DNA from: an uncultured Planctomycetia bacterium
GTDB lineage: Bacteria; Omnitrophota; Gorgyraeia; 2-02-FULL-51-18
Assembly: GCA_964642015.1 (NCBI GenBank)
Contig: CAZXLF010000001.1
Span: forward strand, 116,846 to 180,845
Length of the DNA stretch: 64,000 nucleotides
Direction: 5' to 3'
The notes under the pieces are model-generated. The model was not told the DNA's origin and ran no database searches. It saw only the letters and a program-made list of their open reading frames with translations. A program made the position numbers and the translations under genes. Below, piece by piece: positions 18,753 to 28,368 of this stretch; the stretch's first letter is position 1, and each line of letters opens with the position of its first letter.

Positions 18753-20705
18753 ATGAGACCGGAAGATAAAAAATATATCTCAGAGAATTTCGGAAAGAAA
18801 TCCATCAAACAGATGGCTCAAGACATTCATGTCAAAGAAAGGAAAATAAGGCTGTTCCTCGAAAAAGAGGGACAAGGCCGGCCTCAGATCAAAAAAGAAA
18901 CGGTGTCAGCTCAAAGCGAAAAACAATTTCAGCAACTTCTTGTTGCGGCGGCTTTGGTGATAGCAGGCTTCATGATCTACTCTAACACGCTGCGTTCAAG
19001 TTTTCATTGGGATGATATTTCCGTCATCATCAGAAATACTTCGATCAGAAATCCGTCGAATTTCAGCGCTATCGTGAACGCGTTCAATACACGATTCATG
19101 GTTGGCCTAAGCTTGGCTTTTAATTACGCGATAGGCAAGGTGAACGTGCTTGGATATCACATATTCAATATTGCCGTTCACGTCGCTTCTGCTGTGATGA
19201 TCTACTTGCTGGTGAATATCACATTCAAAACGCCTAGGATGCGCGGAAGCGCTTTGGTGAACCACAGGAAGATTATCGCTCTGTTTTCTGCGCTTCTTTT
19301 TTTGGTTCACCCGATCCAAAGCCAGGCAGTGGATTATATTTGGCAAAGGGCGGCTTCGATGGCCGCGTTTTTTTATTTAGCTTCCATATTTTTTTATGCA
19401 AAAGCAAGGTCGGGGTCATCGTACCTTTATTATGCCGCTTCCTTAATTGCCACAGTGCTTGGAATGTTTTCGAAAGAGACGACCGTTACGATCCCTTTCG
19501 CGATCGTGGCCTATGAATTTATATTCTTTGATAGGGCAAATGGAGAAATCAAGAAAGTATTCATTACGCTTCTCGTTTTTTGCCTGACCTTGCCGATCAT
19601 CCCTCTTATGTTCACGCGTGCGAACAAGATCACTCTGGATGTGATGCGCCCTCCTACGATACAAGCGCTTCATTCCAATACGCCTGGGGCCAGGGAATCG
19701 GCAAATATCACGAGCTGGGTGACGGAAGACGTGATGAGCCGGCAAACCTACATCTTGACGCAATTCAACGTTATCCGGACCTATTTGCGTCTGATCTTTT
19801 TGCCAATTCACCAGAACCTTGATTATGATTACCCGTTGACCCATACCATAGATGTAGGCGTTCTTTTTTCGCTACTGCTTATAGCCTTGATCATTTTTCT
19901 CGCGATCAAGATTTTTTCTGTAAATCGGCTTGTCTCTTATGGCATCTTCTGGTTTTTTCTGACCTTGAGCGTTGAGTCGTTGGTCGTTCAAAATGACGTC
20001 ATCTTTGAACACAGAATGTATCTGCCTATGGTCGGCTTAGCTTTGGTTATTTCCAACGTCATGTTTCTTATTCTAAAAGATCTTAAAAAATTTATAACCG
20101 TCATGTGCGTGATCACCTTGATCTTATCTTTGGTGACGTATCGCCGGAATAATGTTTGGAAAGACGAGATATCTCTCTGGAAAGATGTGGTGGCCAAATC
20201 CCCGAATAAACCGCGCGGCTGGTACAATCTCACGCGTTTTATGGGTGAAAGCGACCCTGCACATGCGAACGAGTATTATGAAAAAGCCATCCGTTTCAAG
20301 CCGCATTCTGTCGAAGAATATAATGATCTCGCAACTATTTATTGGCATATGGGCAAGACCGAAGAGGCGATGGAGTTATATGGAAAAGTTCTGCAAAGAA
20401 GACCTGACGACGCCAAGGCGCTTTCAAATCTTGCGAACATTTATTTGGATAAAGGGGTCTATGAGAAGGCGATAGAGATGTACAAGAAGTCCATTGACAT
20501 CAATCCGACGTTGCCGGAAGTTTATAATAATCTAGGCAAGGCTTATCATTTGATCGGCAATGATCCGGAAGCGATCAGGCTGATCGAGAAAGCTATTGAA
20601 TTAAATCCAAATGATGCGGACGCCAGATATAACTTGGATCAGCTTCAAGGCCGACAAGGGGTGCCGGTTAAGGTCAAAGGAAATCCTTCTGCAGAGTCCG
20701 AATAA
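18753..20705 (+). CDS. multi-pass membrane protein with C-terminal TPR repeats (TMTC/DUF1736-like putative glycosyltransferase family)
   Basis: 650 aa with about 9-11 TM helices, followed by at least four TPR units (AKALSNLANIYLDKGVYEKAIEMY...). Confidence 0.7.
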   Translation: MRPEDKKYISENFGKKSIKQMAQDIHVKERKIRLFLEKEGQGRPQIKKETVSAQSEKQFQQLLVAAALVIAGFMIYSNTLRSSFHWDDISVIIRNTSIRNPSNFSAIVNAFNTRFMVGLSLAFNYAIGKVNVLGYHIFNIAVHVASAVMIYLLVNITFKTPRMRGSALVNHRKIIALFSALLFLVHPIQSQAVDYIWQRAASMAAFFYLASIFFYAKARSGSSYLYYAASLIATVLGMFSKETTVTIPFAIVAYEFIFFDRANGEIKKVFITLLVFCLTLPIIPLMFTRANKITLDVMRPPTIQALHSNTPGARESANITSWVTEDVMSRQTYILTQFNVIRTYLRLIFLPIHQNLDYDYPLTHTIDVGVLFSLLLIALIIFLAIKIFSVNRLVSYGIFWFFLTLSVESLVVQNDVIFEHRMYLPMVGLALVISNVMFLILKDLKKFITVMCVITLILSLVTYRRNNVWKDEISLWKDVVAKSPNKPRGWYNLTRFMGESDPAHANEYYEKAIRFKPHSVEEYNDLATIYWHMGKTEEAMELYGKVLQRRPDDAKALSNLANIYLDKGVYEKAIEMYKKSIDINPTLPEVYNNLGKAYHLIGNDPEAIRLIEKAIELNPNDADARYNLDQLQGRQGVPVKVKGNPSAESE

Positions 20706-20717
20706 CTTCGAGGTCAT

Positions 20718-20748
20718 TTGACAGATTTTCTATGCTTTATGCTATAAT
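20718..20748 (+). promoter_or_regulatory. promoter with extended -10
   Basis: TTGACA at 20718-20723, a 19-nt spacer, then TGCTATAAT ending at 20748. It lies upstream of the glycine-zipper gene. Confidence 0.4.
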
Positions 20749-20797
20749 AAATGAACAATTTTCAGGGGTTTTTATCATTTAAAATTCAGGAGACAAA

Positions 20798-21580
20798 ATG
20801 AAATTAGCGAGAATCTCTATTTTTTTGACGGCTGTTTTGGTCTTAATGTTTTCCGAAATTATATGTCATGCCAATGGGCAAGATTACTCGAACGGGGATG
20901 ATACAAATAGAAAAATTTTGAAGCAGGGCCTTTTAGGCGCAGGCACTGGTGCGATCGCCGCCGGCGCTTCAGGCGGGAACGCGGGCAAAGGTGCTTTGAT
21001 CGGTGCGGGCACCAATGTGATCGGCGGCGCGTTATTAGACACGCTGACGACACCGTCACAACCTCAGCCTCGCACGCAGTATGTTCAGCAAGCCCCTGTT
21101 CAGTATGTTCAACAGCCGGCTCCTCAGTATGTCCAGCAAGCTCCACAATATACGCAAAGCTCTTATCCGGTTCAGCCAACACCGACTTATCAGCCGGAAC
21201 CTCAGCCAGTCTATGTTCAGCAGGCACCCACTTATTACAATCCTCCGCCACCTCAGGATGATCCGACTAAGAAAATATTGAAGCAAGGTCTATTGGGCGC
21301 GGGCACAGGTGCCATTGCGGCAAGCGCATCAGGCGGGAACGCAGGCAAGGGTGCTTTGATCGGTGCCGGCACGAATGTGATCGGCGGTGCGCTTTTGGAT
21401 ACGCTGACCGGCAGCGGTTCATCTCAACCTCAGCAACCTCAAGTTGTTTATGTTCAGCAGCCTCCGCAACAACAATATCAATATCCCCAACAATCTTCTG
21501 CCAGCCAACCTCACAAGAAGATTGTCCGTAAATACGATTCCGATGGTAATGTAGTCTCTGAGGAAGAGGTTTGGGAATAA
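20798..21580 (+). CDS. secreted glycine-zipper (YMGG-like) repeat protein with a Q/P/Y-rich linker
   Basis: It has a signal peptide. Two near-identical modules read KKILKQGLLGAGTGAIAA.ASGGNAGKGALIGAGTNVIGGALLDTLT. They are separated and followed by QYVQQ/PQ-rich low-complexity stretches. Confidence 0.6.
   Translation: MKLARISIFLTAVLVLMFSEIICHANGQDYSNGDDTNRKILKQGLLGAGTGAIAAGASGGNAGKGALIGAGTNVIGGALLDTLTTPSQPQPRTQYVQQAPVQYVQQPAPQYVQQAPQYTQSSYPVQPTPTYQPEPQPVYVQQAPTYYNPPPPQDDPTKKILKQGLLGAGTGAIAASASGGNAGKGALIGAGTNVIGGALLDTLTGSGSSQPQQPQVVYVQQPPQQQYQYPQQSSASQPHKKIVRKYDSDGNVVSEEEVWE
20912..21049 (+). repeat. intragenic tandem-duplicated segment, copy 1 (about 138 bp)
   Basis: About 85% nucleotide identity with 21271-21408. 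Both copies encode the glycine-zipper module. Confidence 0.6.
21271..21408 (+). repeat. intragenic duplicated segment, copy 2
   Basis: Partner of 20912-21049. Confidence 0.6.
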
Positions 21581-21846
21581 TCAGCGCAAAGAAAGAAATA
21601 GTTCAGGCGCGAATCGAAGCGACAGAGGTCATCCAAGCCTCCGAGAAAGCGCTCAAGAAGCATATTAATCTCATCAAGAAAAAAGACCATGTTGCGTCTG
21701 TCGTAGAGATGATCGAGCGGTTGCGCTCGGATATTTTGGGGGATGATCCTCGAATTATTTACGAGCATATCGCTAAACTCAATGAACTTACTCAAGGTTT
21801 TGCCGGCCACGTCCTGAAAGCTTCTGTCAGGAAGATCAAGAAATAA
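21571..21846 (+). CDS. hypothetical small protein
   Basis: 91 aa with a TTG start that overlaps the end of the previous gene. Lys-rich and helical by eye. No motif recognised. Confidence 0.3.
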   Translation: MGIISAKKEIVQARIEATEVIQASEKALKKHINLIKKKDHVASVVEMIERLRSDILGDDPRIIYEHIAKLNELTQGFAGHVLKASVRKIKK

Positions 21847-21854
21847 TCCACATT

Positions 21855-22817
21855 ATGTCTGGATCATTAACTGAGAAGGTCAAGGTCTTTGCATTACAAA
21901 ATGCTGGCTTTGATCTTGTTGGAATATCTTCTGTGAATTTGCCGAAGGTCCATGAAGATGCGCTTGTTCAGTGGATCGATCGCGGTTACGCGGGTTCTAT
22001 GGATTATATGGCGCGTAGTCAGAAAAAACGCGCGCGGCCCGAAGAAATCCTTGCCGGTGCGAAAAGCGTCATTTCTCTCGCTATAAATTATTATCATCCT
22101 GATGATGAAAAACCGGTAGGCTGCGCGACGGGCAAAGTCGCTAAATATGCCTACGGGACGGATTATCATAAAGTGATCGAGAAAAAACTGAAGCTTTTGT
22201 CTCAATTCATTCTCAAAGAAGCAGGCGACGGCGCTCAGGTGAAAAGTTATGTGGATACCGGGCCTATCCTGGAAAAAGCGTTCGCCCAGATGTCCGGCTT
22301 GGGTTTTTTTGGAAAGAACACGAACGTGATCACAAAAAACTACGGCTCATGGATTTTTCTGGCAAATCTTATTACTAATTTGGAGCTTGAATACGACGAA
22401 CCGCATATGGGGAGCTGCGGTTCTTGCCGGATCTGCATTGATGCCTGCCCGACAGATGCTTTGTTAGGAAATTATCAGATCGATGCCAGGCGTTGCATTT
22501 CGTATCTGACGATCGAAGCGAAAGAAAATCCGCCGGAAGATCTCAAAGCGCAGATCGGGGAATGGGTTTTTGGATGCGATATCTGTCAGGATGTATGTCC
22601 TTACAATCATAAACCGAAAATCACGAGGCACGAAGAGCTTTATCCAAAAAAGAAAGCGGGAACTTGGCTGGATCTTGAGGCTATCCAGAATATTAAAGAG
22701 GAAGATAGGTTTAAGGAAGTTTTCCAGGAAAGTCCTTTGAAAAGGCCTAAACTCTCAGGCTTATTAAGGAATAGTCGGATAATTTTAGAGAATTTAAGTG
22801 ACAGAAAAGTCAGATAA
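21855..22817 (+). CDS. queG: epoxyqueuosine reductase
   Basis: 320 aa. N-terminal DUF1730-like region. Two 4Fe-4S motifs: CGSCRICIDACP and CDICQDVCP. Confidence 0.9.
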   Translation: MSGSLTEKVKVFALQNAGFDLVGISSVNLPKVHEDALVQWIDRGYAGSMDYMARSQKKRARPEEILAGAKSVISLAINYYHPDDEKPVGCATGKVAKYAYGTDYHKVIEKKLKLLSQFILKEAGDGAQVKSYVDTGPILEKAFAQMSGLGFFGKNTNVITKNYGSWIFLANLITNLELEYDEPHMGSCGSCRICIDACPTDALLGNYQIDARRCISYLTIEAKENPPEDLKAQIGEWVFGCDICQDVCPYNHKPKITRHEELYPKKKAGTWLDLEAIQNIKEEDRFKEVFQESPLKRPKLSGLLRNSRIILENLSDRKVR

Positions 22818-22962
22818 TAAGATACATTGTCCGGAATGCCACAAAGTTATTCGGTATGAGGAGTCTTTGAAATCGGGAGACCGTTTTGACTGCCCTTGTG
22901 GTAAAATAGTCATCCAACTTTACGCTATGACGACTCTAAAGGGCAAGATAGTCGAAGATTAG
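22798..22962 (+). CDS. candidate small zinc-ribbon protein (54 aa)
   Basis: GTG start overlapping the queG 3' end. The translation VTEKSDNKIHCPECHKVIRYEESLKSGDRFDCPCGKIVIQLYAMTTLKGKIVED has CxxC-x16-CxC. It is too short for the provided ORF track and has no clear SD. Confidence 0.25.
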   Translation: MTEKSDNKIHCPECHKVIRYEESLKSGDRFDCPCGKIVIQLYAMTTLKGKIVED

Positions 22963-22974
22963 GAAGGGAACAAA

Positions 22975-24126
22975 ATGGCTTTAACGCAAGACGAGATTTT
23001 AAGATATAGCAGGCATCTGATCATGCCCGAAGTAGGTGTGGAAGGGCAGGAGAAGTTGAAAGCTGCGAAGGTGCTAATGATCGGCACGGGCGGGCTCGGC
23101 TCTCCGGCCGCTCTATATTTGGCTGCTGCGGGTGTAGGTACGCTCGGATTGATCGATTTTGACAAAGTGGATTTTTCCAATCTACAGCGTCAGATCATTC
23201 ATAGTACAAGCAGTGTCAACCAACCGAAGGTGGAATCCGCCAAAAACCGCCTCAAAGAGATCAATCCCAATGTGAAAGTCGTAACTTACGACGAGATGCT
23301 TACCAAAGACAATATTATGCGAATCTTGAAAGATTATGAGATGGTATTGGACGGCACTGATAATTTTCAGACACGCTATCTTGTCAATGACGCGTGTGTG
23401 TTCACAAAAAAACCGTTTGTTTACGGAAGCATTTTCAGGTTCGACGGACAGGCGACGGTGTTTTATCCGGGCAAAGGACCTTGCTACCGCTGCCTTTTTG
23501 CGGAGCCGCCGCCGCCTGGCATGGTTCCAAGTTGCGCCGAAGGCGGAGTGCTGGGCATTCTTCCAGGCGTGATTGGCGTGATCCAAGCGACCGAAGTCGT
23601 GAAGCTTATTCTCGGCAAAGGCGAGCCTCTGATCGGCCGGCTTATGCTTTATGATGCGTTGAAGATGAGTTTTCGCGAGGTTAAATTCAGGAAAAATCCG
23701 AAATGCCCTGTCTGCGGAGAAAATCCGACCATTAAAGAGCTCGTCGATTATGAAGCATTTTGTGGTTTGACTCGCGGCGACGAGCAGAAAGATTATGCAG
23801 CCTATGGCGTTCCTGAAATTTTGGTTGAGGAGCTAAAAAAGAAGATAGACAAACATGAAAAGTTCGTGCTGATAGACGTCAGAGAGCCGTCTGAATTTAA
23901 GATCAATCAACTCCCAGGCGCAAAGCTTATTCCTTTAGGCAACATCCCTGAAAGGGTGCATGAACTCGACAGTGCTGATGAGATTGTCGTGTATTGCCAT
24001 TTTGGCGGACGAAGCGCCAAGGCCGCAGACTTTTTGCGGAAGGCCGGATTTAAAAAAGTGAAGAATCTCGTCGGCGGTATTGATACCTGGTCACAGGAAA
24101 TAGACCCTTCTTGTCCAAGATATTGA
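22975..24126 (+). CDS. ThiF/MoeB/MoeZ-family sulfur-carrier adenylyltransferase with a C-terminal rhodanese domain
   Basis: 383 aa. Nucleotide-binding motif GTGGLGSP. Zinc motifs CYRC and CPVC. Rhodanese active-site loop YCHFGGRS. Confidence 0.9.
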   Translation: MALTQDEILRYSRHLIMPEVGVEGQEKLKAAKVLMIGTGGLGSPAALYLAAAGVGTLGLIDFDKVDFSNLQRQIIHSTSSVNQPKVESAKNRLKEINPNVKVVTYDEMLTKDNIMRILKDYEMVLDGTDNFQTRYLVNDACVFTKKPFVYGSIFRFDGQATVFYPGKGPCYRCLFAEPPPPGMVPSCAEGGVLGILPGVIGVIQATEVVKLILGKGEPLIGRLMLYDALKMSFREVKFRKNPKCPVCGENPTIKELVDYEAFCGLTRGDEQKDYAAYGVPEILVEELKKKIDKHEKFVLIDVREPSEFKINQLPGAKLIPLGNIPERVHELDSADEIVVYCHFGGRSAKAADFLRKAGFKKVKNLVGGIDTWSQEIDPSCPRY

Positions 24127-24150
24127 AAGATAGATTCGGGTATGCGGTTA

Positions 24151-24201
24151 TCGGTTTGCGGTTCTCGTACGCCGAATATTGTGTACCGCAGACCGCAAAC
24201 C
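24151..24201 (+). terminator. long imperfect inverted repeat (terminator-like) between moeB-like and nrnA-like genes
   Basis: cggtttgcggttctcgtac ... gtaccgcagaccgcaaaccg, followed by cattgcgcacaccgtttt. TGCGGTT occurs twice, and CGGTT three times, as direct repeats just upstream. Confidence 0.4.
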
Positions 24202-24220
24202 GCATTGCGCACACCGTTTT

Positions 24221-25273
24221 ATGTTAACCAACACCGAAGAAATTCAGCAGTGCTTTCAAAAGATCGAAGAAGCGCTTAAGAATACCAAGCGCATTGTAGT
24301 TTTGACGCACGATAACCCTGATCCGGATTCGGTGTCAAGCGCGGTGGCGCTTGCCTACATCATCAAGAATAAATATAAAATCCCGGCAGTTGTGCGTTAC
24401 GGCGGTATTGTCGGGCGCGCGGAAAATCGCGCAATGATCCGCGTGCTTGACCTCCGGGTAACTCCGCTTGAGGATTCTGATTTCAGGCCGGGCACCGACT
24501 TTGCGCTTGTCGACATGCAGCCCGGCACCGGCAACAGCTCATTCCCGCGAAATCGCAAGCCCGCAATTGTGATCGATCATCATGTGCTCCGGAAGACCAC
24601 AAAAGCGGATTTTATCGACATACGCACCGATTATGGCGCCACAGCGACGATCCTTACAGAATATTTATTGGAGAGCGGACTTGAAATATTGTCCACGCTC
24701 GCGACAGCTCTTTCTTACGGCATCAGCTCCGAGACTCAGGATCTAGGCCGCGAGGCTAGGGAAAAAGATATTCAAGCGTACCTTGCGCTTTTCCCCAAGA
24801 GCAATAAGAAATTGCTGGCCAGTATAGAACATCCGAAGCTTCCACGGGATTATTTCACGACGTTGAATCGTGCGCTTCATCACAGTTTCATTTACAAGAA
24901 CGCTGTGACTACTTCGCTGGGCGAGGTGAAGAACCCGGATTTTGTGGCGTTCATCGCGGATTTCATGCTGAAGATCGAACGTATCAGCTGGTCGATGTGC
25001 ATTGGGCGCTACAAGGACAAGATCATTGTTTCTGTGCGCACGACAAATACTAAGGGCGATGCCGGGAATTTCTTGAGGCGATTAATCGGAAAAAAAGGCA
25101 CCGCCGGCGGCCACGGAATGATCGCCGGTGGTCAAATTATTTGTGAAACCATGGAACACGACCGCTGCACAAAGGTTGAAGAAGAACTTGTTCAGGACTT
25201 TTTGAAAAAATTGGGCTACAAAGACGCCGGTGAAATGACGCCGGTGCTTACCACCGAATTGATCCACACGTAA
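24221..25273 (+). CDS. nrnA: DHH-family phosphoesterase, NrnA-like nanoRNase/pAp phosphatase
   Basis: DHH motif HDNPDPDSVSSAVAL. DHHA1 motif GGHGMIAGG. The start is placed at the ATG after the inverted repeat, because the track's upstream start at 24179 lies inside the hairpin. Confidence 0.75.
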   Translation: MLTNTEEIQQCFQKIEEALKNTKRIVVLTHDNPDPDSVSSAVALAYIIKNKYKIPAVVRYGGIVGRAENRAMIRVLDLRVTPLEDSDFRPGTDFALVDMQPGTGNSSFPRNRKPAIVIDHHVLRKTTKADFIDIRTDYGATATILTEYLLESGLEILSTLATALSYGISSETQDLGREAREKDIQAYLALFPKSNKKLLASIEHPKLPRDYFTTLNRALHHSFIYKNAVTTSLGEVKNPDFVAFIADFMLKIERISWSMCIGRYKDKIIVSVRTTNTKGDAGNFLRRLIGKKGTAGGHGMIAGGQIICETMEHDRCTKVEEELVQDFLKKLGYKDAGEMTPVLTTELIHT

Positions 25274-25401
25274 TTTCTCGCGAAGCTTTTCATTCTCCGT
25301 AATTTTTCAGAGATTTTGTTGTATCTTCTTTTTCTTTTGTATTATAATCACTCCGTCATCATAAATTTGTAAGATCCAACAAACATCCGGAGAAATATTT
25401 C

Positions 25402-25734
25402 ATGAGCGAAGTGATCGAAAGCGATAGTTTCGTACTTCCGCAGGACGTCAGGAACCATGTGGCCGGCCGTTTAAGACAAGAAGGCGTCATCCAGTCACTT
25501 GAACTGGAATTGAAGGGTGACGCGATGGACGGTGCGAAAAAATTTGGCGATAGCCTCGTGGCTTTGAGAAGAAGAGGTGTCAAAGTCTCTCATGAATTCC
25601 GCATCAGACTCGATTTTCCCAAGAAAATATCAAGAGAAGAGGTTTTGACGATCGTTGAAGGCATGCCTAGGCCTAAGAACGGCTCTTTAAAGGTGCGGGT
25701 TCATTATGCTCATGAAGATCGGAGCGGAACATGA
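25402..25734 (+). CDS. hypothetical protein, translationally coupled to pepA
   Basis: 110 aa. Its TGA at 25732-25734 overlaps the pepA start at 25731 by 4 nt (ATGA). A TTGTAT-18-TATAAT promoter lies about 50 nt upstream. Confidence 0.4.
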   Translation: MSEVIESDSFVLPQDVRNHVAGRLRQEGVIQSLELELKGDAMDGAKKFGDSLVALRRRGVKVSHEFRIRLDFPKKISREEVLTIVEGMPRPKNGSLKVRVHYAHEDRSGT

Positions 25735-27236
25735 ATATCCGTCTACAATTTTCCGGCAAACCCATCAAGCCGGCGGATTTGCTGGTGATCGGTTGTTTTG
25801 ACGGCGATAAAAAGTATCTTGATAGATGTTCTAGCTTAGATCATTCGACCAAGGAAAAGATCCATAAAGCGCTGTCCTCAAAAAAGTTCTCCGGAAAATG
25901 CGGAGAAACTTTTTTTATCCCGACCCCTTTCTTGAAAACAGCGGGCTCTCTTTTGCTGATCGGTTTGGGACAGAGGGAAAAGTTCACATTGGAAAGAGTG
26001 AGGCGCTCGGTTTCCAAATCTCTCGCGCAGGCGAAGGCCTATCAAAACCGGAGTTTACGGTTCGATCTAGATACTTTCCATGAGAAATTTCCTGTTGCCG
26101 AAATTGCTGGCGCAGCTGTTGAGGGAGCACGCTTATCGGATTACCGTTTCGATAAATATAAATCCAAACCCGGATCATCGTCCAGAGTCGATGATCTTGA
26201 GCTTTTTTCGAGAGAAGAGAAGAACTCAGCGTCTATCCGAAAAGCCTTATCCGAAGCGGAGATCGTCAGTGATGGTGTGATTTTCGCGAGAAATTTGGCG
26301 AATGAGCCTGCCAACGTGATGACGCCTTCGAGACTGGCCGATAGCGCCAAAGAAATGGCGAGAAAAAATCACTTAATTTGCAAAGTGTTGGGCAAGAAAG
26401 AGATCTCACGGCTTAAGATGGGAGGCGTCTTGGGAGTTTCTCAAGGCAGTTCTCAGGAGCCCAGATTCATTATTTTGGAAAATAGGCCTAAATCTCCAAG
26501 ATTTTCTCAGCCGGTCGTTCTGGTCGGAAAAGGAATTACATTCGATACGGGTGGAATTTCGATAAAACCATCCGGAGACATGGATAAAATGAAATTTGAT
26601 ATGTGCGGGGCCGCTGCGGTGATCAGTACAATGAAAGTGATCGCGAATTTAAAACTGCCGGTCAAAGTCGTCGCGCTTGCGCCGGTTTGCGAAAATATGC
26701 CCGGTTCCAATGCGCAAAGACCCGGCGATATTATCAAGGCGATGAACGGGAAAACAATAGAAGTTTTAAACACGGACGCCGAAGGCCGATTGATTCTGGC
26801 CGACGCCTTGAGTTACGCTGCGAAGTATAAACCTAAGGCGGTCATTGATATCGCGACGCTGACCGGTGCTTGCGCGGTAACCTTCGCGGATCTGGCGATC
26901 GGGCTTATGAGCACGGATGAAAAGCTTACTCAAAAGATAAAAGAAGCAGGTGAGCAAACCGGTGAGCGTTGCTGGGAACTGCCTCTGTGGGATGATTATT
27001 TTGATCTGATCAAGGCGACTTACGCGGACATTCAAAATATCAGTAAAAAATACGCCGGTACGATCACAGCCGGAATGTTCTTGAAAGAATTTGCTGATCA
27101 CACTTCTTCTTGGGCTCATCTCGACATAGCGGGTACCGCTTGGAACGAGGGCGGTCCTAAACCGCTTTCCCCGATAGGCGCGACCGGTGTCGGTGTCCGG
27201 CTTTTCACCCAGCTTATCAAAAGTTATCTAACCTAA
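25731..27236 (+). CDS. pepA: leucyl aminopeptidase (M17)
   Basis: 501 aa with the NTDAEGRLILADAL signature and the metal-ligand context VGKGITFDTGG. Confidence 0.9.
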   Translation: MNIRLQFSGKPIKPADLLVIGCFDGDKKYLDRCSSLDHSTKEKIHKALSSKKFSGKCGETFFIPTPFLKTAGSLLLIGLGQREKFTLERVRRSVSKSLAQAKAYQNRSLRFDLDTFHEKFPVAEIAGAAVEGARLSDYRFDKYKSKPGSSSRVDDLELFSREEKNSASIRKALSEAEIVSDGVIFARNLANEPANVMTPSRLADSAKEMARKNHLICKVLGKKEISRLKMGGVLGVSQGSSQEPRFIILENRPKSPRFSQPVVLVGKGITFDTGGISIKPSGDMDKMKFDMCGAAAVISTMKVIANLKLPVKVVALAPVCENMPGSNAQRPGDIIKAMNGKTIEVLNTDAEGRLILADALSYAAKYKPKAVIDIATLTGACAVTFADLAIGLMSTDEKLTQKIKEAGEQTGERCWELPLWDDYFDLIKATYADIQNISKKYAGTITAGMFLKEFADHTSSWAHLDIAGTAWNEGGPKPLSPIGATGVGVRLFTQLIKSYLT

Positions 27237-27244
27237 GCAAACCT

Positions 27245-28273
27245 ATGCAGGCGGTATTTTTCGAGCATCACGGTGGTCCCGAAGTTCTAAAATACGGAGA
27301 ATTTAAAGATCCCGTTGTTGGCGCGAATGACGTGCTTGTGGCCGTGAAAGCCTGCGCATTGAATCATCTGGATATTTGGATGAGACAGGGATTGCCCGGC
27401 ATTTCCATTCCCATGCCTCATATTTCAGGCGCTGATGTAGCTGGGCTCGTTTTAGATTCGGGAAAGAGCGTTAAACGTTTTAAAAAAGGCGACCGTGTTA
27501 TTTTAGCGCCGGGTCAATTGCCAAATCATCATCCCGAAGCGTTGGAATCCAGGGATAGTTATTCACCCGATTTTCAGATCCTTGGACTTCAAAGCCAGGG
27601 TGGCTATGCTGAAAAAGTCGCTGTGAATGAGCGGTTTGTGATCCCGGTTTCAGAACGCTACACGTTTGAGGAATGGGCATCGATTCCTTTGGTGTCGCTC
27701 ACGGCTTATCATATGCTCGTGACAAGAGCGCAGGTCCGGCCCGGGGAAACAGTGCTTGTTCACGCGGCCGGCTCAGGGGTGGGCAGTATGGTTATCCAAT
27801 TAGCCAAATTTTTAGGGACAACTGTTTTTACGACCGTCGGTGATTATAAAAAAGTAGCACGCGCTAAAAAACTAGGTGCCGATGAGGTTATCCAATATAA
27901 AACACGCGATTTTTCCGAGGAAGTTAAGAAGCTTACTAATGGACGCGGAGTGGATGTGATCGTCGAACATATTGGTCCTGACGTTTGGCAGAAAAATCTT
28001 TCATGCTTGGCGCGAGGCGGACGTTTGGTAACTTGCGGAGCAACATCGGGGCAGAAGGTAGAAATTGAACTGCGATTTTTGTTTTCTAAACAGCTCAGCA
28101 TTTTGGGTTCTTATATGGGTAGTCTCGCTGAGCTTCATAAGGTTGTTGAATTGGTTGAAACGGGCCGCCTCGTTCCTGTAGTTGACCAGGTTTTCCCGAT
28201 GAAGGAAGCCGCTGATGCCCAACGACGCATGGAAGCCAGGAAAAATTTTGGGAAGATAGTGCTGAAAGTCTGA
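27245..28273 (+). CDS. zinc-type alcohol dehydrogenase / quinone oxidoreductase (MDR superfamily)
   Basis: 342 aa. N-terminal GroES-like fold. Rossmann motif AAGSGVGS. Confidence 0.85.
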   Translation: MQAVFFEHHGGPEVLKYGEFKDPVVGANDVLVAVKACALNHLDIWMRQGLPGISIPMPHISGADVAGLVLDSGKSVKRFKKGDRVILAPGQLPNHHPEALESRDSYSPDFQILGLQSQGGYAEKVAVNERFVIPVSERYTFEEWASIPLVSLTAYHMLVTRAQVRPGETVLVHAAGSGVGSMVIQLAKFLGTTVFTTVGDYKKVARAKKLGADEVIQYKTRDFSEEVKKLTNGRGVDVIVEHIGPDVWQKNLSCLARGGRLVTCGATSGQKVEIELRFLFSKQLSILGSYMGSLAELHKVVELVETGRLVPVVDQVFPMKEAADAQRRMEARKNFGKIVLKV

Positions 28274-28368
28274 TAACCCGCCTCTTCTTTTTCTTTGAAA
28301 TCCTAAGCCAATTATTGATATACTAAACAGCCAATTTACTAAGCTAAATTTAGAGCAAAGGTATAGCC

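Noticed and set aside
24179-24220. Upstream in-frame ATG for the nrnA-like gene given by the ORF track
   Set aside because: It would place the start inside the long inverted-repeat or terminator structure, and would add a Cys/His-rich extension not found in DHH proteins. The ATG at 24221 is preferred.
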